DNA from: Chloropicon primus
Lineage: Eukaryota
DNA length: 64,000 nt
Reading direction: 5' to 3'
Assembly: GCA_023205875.1 (NCBI GenBank)
Contig: CP060754.1
Coordinates: 806,001-870,000, forward strand
Below the pieces are notes generated by a model. The model did no database searches. It saw only the letters and a program-made list of their open reading frames with translations, and was not told where the DNA came from. Position 1 is the first letter of the stretch, and each line of letters begins with the position of its first letter. Both the position numbers and the translations under genes were made by a program. Positions 61,129-64,000 of this stretch are shown in pieces.

Positions 61129-62034
61129 CGACGACGACAGGGGATCACCACCTCGGTTCCCACGCTCGAGCCTCGAGCCACGTCCGCGGTCGCCTCGCCG
61201 GCCTCCCTTGCTCCCTCCCTCTCTTCGCCCCTCGGCAGGGGCGATGACGAATCCCGTACGACGCTTCGCTCGGTTCCGAATCGGCAACCCTCGCGTCCGG
61301 GCTCTCCCCAGGCCTCGGGTCGCGCGAAGCTCCCCCCCCGTCCTCTCTCCCTCTCTCGTCCCCTCTCCCTCGACGACGAGGTCACGACCAGGTCTCGCCT
61401 CAATCCCTTGTGTCCGCGGCCGCCTGTCCTCGCTGGAAGCCCGATCCCTCCGCCCGAGCAGTTCAGGCCAGTTGTCTCCCTCCGCCCGGGTCCAAGCCCC
61501 CCTGTCGAAAAGATCTCCGGTCACGGGAGTAGTCCCGTGGTCGTGGTGGATGGCCAGCGGAAGAACGAGAACGGAGGAGGAGGAAGAAGAGAAGATTCTT
61601 TTACAAGAATTGGAAACCAGCGGACTCTGATGTGCTCTGCTGTGGTGTTGAAATCCTCGGTCTGTCGAGTCCAGGAGCAGAAAAAACAAAAACAAAACAA
61701 AAAACAAAAACAAAACGAAAGCGAGCGCTCCACGAGAAAGAGAAAGAGAAAGAGAAAACAAAAGGACACCGTCTCACCCAACACAAATTATTGCAAAATA
61801 AAATATCTTCCTCTCTCTCTCTCTCTCTCCTCTCCTTCTCTCTCTCCTCAGGGTCGTTTTTGAGTGTTCATATATACACTCGTCGATAGACCCTTATCGA
61901 TCGATGGGGCGCTTTACCCGAACGACGACGACGACGACGACGAAGGGCGAAGAAGAAGCCAGTCAGTCAGTCTGTCTGTGTCTCCAAGGCTGGCTGCTGC
62001 TGGAGGGCGTGTCCTCCTCGTCTCGTGAATCATC

Positions 62035-63033
62035 ATGGGCGCGTCGGAGCTGGGGACGAGCGACCAGCACACTCTGACGGTGGTGAACCAGGTGTTCTCG
62101 GGGTTCAGCGTCTGTGGGTCGGCCCTGATCATATGCTCGTACGTCCTGTTCCCGAGCCTGCGCAAGTTCTCGTACAAGCTCGTGTTGATGCTCAGCATAA
62201 GCGATTTTGGGAACCAGGGGTGCTCTTTCCTCGGGAACCCGAACCACGAGCAGGCGCTCTGCGCGATCCAGGCGGTGGGGATCCAGTTCTGGTCCGTCGC
62301 CAGCTTCCTGTGGACTGGAGCGATAGCGTACGTGCTGCGAAGCACGGTGATAGACAAGAGGACGGACATCGAGGGGACGTACAGGAAGATGCACGTGTTC
62401 ATCTGGGCCCTCTCCTTCGGGGCGGCCGTGATCCCGTCCTGGGCCTACGCGCCCACGGGGGCCTGGTGCTGGATAGAGGGGGAGGACATCGGCGGGAAAA
62501 TCATGCGGTTCATCTTCTACTACGCGCCCCTGTGGTTCGTCATCGGGTACAACGTCTTCGCCTATGTCAGCGTCATCCGGTACCTGAGGAGGGTGCAGCT
62601 CCTGGCGAACAGCATAAACACGAACGCGGACAGCCAGCCGAGGTTCGAGATGAAGGCGATCTCCAGGCTGGGCTGGTACCCCTGCATCCTCATCTTCTGC
62701 CACACCTTCGCCACGATAAACAGGATCCAGAACTGGGTCAGCCCGCACAACCCGAGCTTCGTTCTCTTCCTGCTTCACACGTGCACGCAGTCCCTCACCG
62801 GGTTCCTCAATTGCGTGGCGTACGGCCTGAACCACGCCGTGAGGTCCGCCTGGTTCGAGAGGTTCCCCTTCCTGAAGAAGCTCGCGGTGTGCGGCAAGGG
62901 AAGGGAGAACAAGTTCCACAAGTTCGAGAACGAGATGAGCGTCCGGGGCGAGGACAACGGGAAGGACGTTCCTCTCGACTCGCCCGTGGACAACGGCAAC
63001 GGGGAGGGGGACGGGCCCGACAACAAGCTGTGA
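62035..63033 (+). CDS. GCR1: GCR1-like 7TM receptor (cAMP receptor-like family)
   Basis: SVCGSALIICSY.LF..LRKFSYKLV..LSISD, GAWCWI, FYYAPLW, RLGWYPCILI, TINRI, GFLNCVAYG; seven hydrophobic segments. Confidence 0.9.
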   Translation: MGASELGTSDQHTLTVVNQVFSGFSVCGSALIICSYVLFPSLRKFSYKLVLMLSISDFGNQGCSFLGNPNHEQALCAIQAVGIQFWSVASFLWTGAIAYVLRSTVIDKRTDIEGTYRKMHVFIWALSFGAAVIPSWAYAPTGAWCWIEGEDIGGKIMRFIFYYAPLWFVIGYNVFAYVSVIRYLRRVQLLANSINTNADSQPRFEMKAISRLGWYPCILIFCHTFATINRIQNWVSPHNPSFVLFLLHTCTQSLTGFLNCVAYGLNHAVRSAWFERFPFLKKLAVCGKGRENKFHKFENEMSVRGEDNGKDVPLDSPVDNGNGEGDGPDNKL

Positions 63034-63047
63034 GGCTTTAGGTTTTA

Positions 63048-63095
63048 CGGGTATTACGGATATTACGGATATTACGGATATATATATATATATAT
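63048..63095. repeat. (GGATATTAC)n plus (AT)n simple repeats between convergent genes
   Basis: Directly visible. Confidence 0.75.
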
Positions 63096-63145
63096 CAATT
63101 TCGCTGGTGAGTATTATGTTGTGTATAAGTTAAAGTTGTCGCCTC

Positions 63146-64000
63146 TCAACCCTCCGCCTTGCTCTTCAGTTGGCGTGCACGGTCCAAAAATTCCTCCATG
63201 TTCAGCTCGTTGATGAACACCATTCCTCGCGCCGCCCTCATCCTGGGGTCCTTGTGGTTCTTGAAGTAGTCCGTGCCGAGGAGGGTGGCCAGCTGCCGGT
63301 ACTGCTCCGCCTGAATCATTTGGGCCCAGTGAGAGAACGGTCCGTCGTAGTCCGGGGCCGGGAAGGAGGCCTCCTTCTGAGAGATGAAGCAGGTCTCAAA
63401 GGCGTCGTTCAGGTGAGCGAGGTCGCCAAGCTCCACGGGGTACATGATCTTGGCCTCCCTGGGGTGGAAGCGGAACCACACGTTCCTGTACCCCCAGATC
63501 TTCAAGTCCTTCTTCGAGTCTTGCTCGCAATACAACTTGCAGGCCGCGGAAACCGCCTGCAGCACCTTGTAGTGGGTGTCCGGCCCGCTCCCCTCAGGAT
63601 CCAGGGCGACCGTGACGTAGCCAGGGCTCTTCTGCTTCATCAACTTTAGCAAAGGCAAAACGTCCCTGTTGATCTCGGGATCCTCGGTGAAGAGGTCGCC
63701 CTTGTAGAATCCCATGCGGAGGTGGGCCACGGAGTCCGAAGGGACGAAGCCGTGGTAGCCCCACAGGGCGTCGCACTCAAACTCCCTGAGCATCCCCTTG
63801 AGAACTTGGTACTCCACAGAGTCCTTCTGTCCCTGGTACTGGTTCTCGTAGTAGCGAATGGCTTTCTCGAGGGACTCCTGGAAGAAGGCCGCCTGGCTGG
63901 ACTTTGAGCCCTCTGGGTCGAAGTTCCTCGCGATGCACCTCAGCACGCGCTCTGAGATCGCGTCATCTTTGCCGTACACATCTCTCGCGGCGTGGGCATT
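63146..64000 (-). CDS. C-terminal part of a long bacterial-type glucosamine-6-phosphate deaminase-like protein (PIG-L/LmbE-like domain); 5' end outside window
   Basis: Frame stays open to 64000; HLRMGFYKGDLF, VALDPEGSGPDTHYKVLQA, WGYRNVWFRFHP, FISQKEASFP..DGPF resemble recalled long NagB proteins. Confidence 0.7.
   Translation of the reverse strand, partial: NAHAARDVYGKDDAISERVLRCIARNFDPEGSKSSQAAFFQESLEKAIRYYENQYQGQKDSVEYQVLKGMLREFECDALWGYHGFVPSDSVAHLRMGFYKGDLFTEDPEINRDVLPLLKLMKQKSPGYVTVALDPEGSGPDTHYKVLQAVSAACKLYCEQDSKKDLKIWGYRNVWFRFHPREAKIMYPVELGDLAHLNDAFETCFISQKEASFPAPDYDGPFSHWAQMIQAEQYRQLATLLGTDYFKNHKDPRMRAARGMVFINELNMEEFLDRARQLKSKAEG

Noticed and set aside
61129..61761. 211-aa upstream extension of the SAND ORF
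   Set aside because: Translates T-rich and GA-rich promoter/UTR simple sequence from a non-ATG start.
1..64000. Prokaryotic origin or contamination suggested by pepD, hppA, folB and the nagB-like gene
   Set aside because: These genes are interleaved with intron-containing eukaryote-specific genes and mostly share their codon style; no operon structure.

Overview
Gene-dense, GC-rich eukaryotic nuclear DNA from a compact green alga. Evidence: nuclear PsaD with transit peptide, HCF164, RWP-RK, SAND, GCR1, short GT-AG introns with CTGAC branch sites, and TGTAA polyadenylation signals. The style fits a prasinophyte-grade picoalga such as Chloropicon, but the species cannot be confirmed. About 34 protein-coding genes, mostly intronless, often in tight divergent or convergent pairs. 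No rRNA, tRNA, CRISPR array or transposon was recognised. Main observations: (1) a K+-dependent membrane pyrophosphatase with the prokaryotic Na+-PPase-type ion-gate motif rather than the plant H+-PPase motif; (2) a myosin with a PH-domain tail and a phosphorylatable TEDS-site serine, unlike plant class VIII/XI; (3) a VARP-like VPS9 GEF gene 75 bp upstream of an SH3-less TASH3/TSAUCER-like gene; (4) three centriole/cilium-type genes (SFI1-like, CCDC96, CEP295-like); (5) several bacterial-type enzymes, one with atypical codon usage; (6) stop codons embedded in TGTAA signals. Family calls come from motif recognition by eye, not from database searches.
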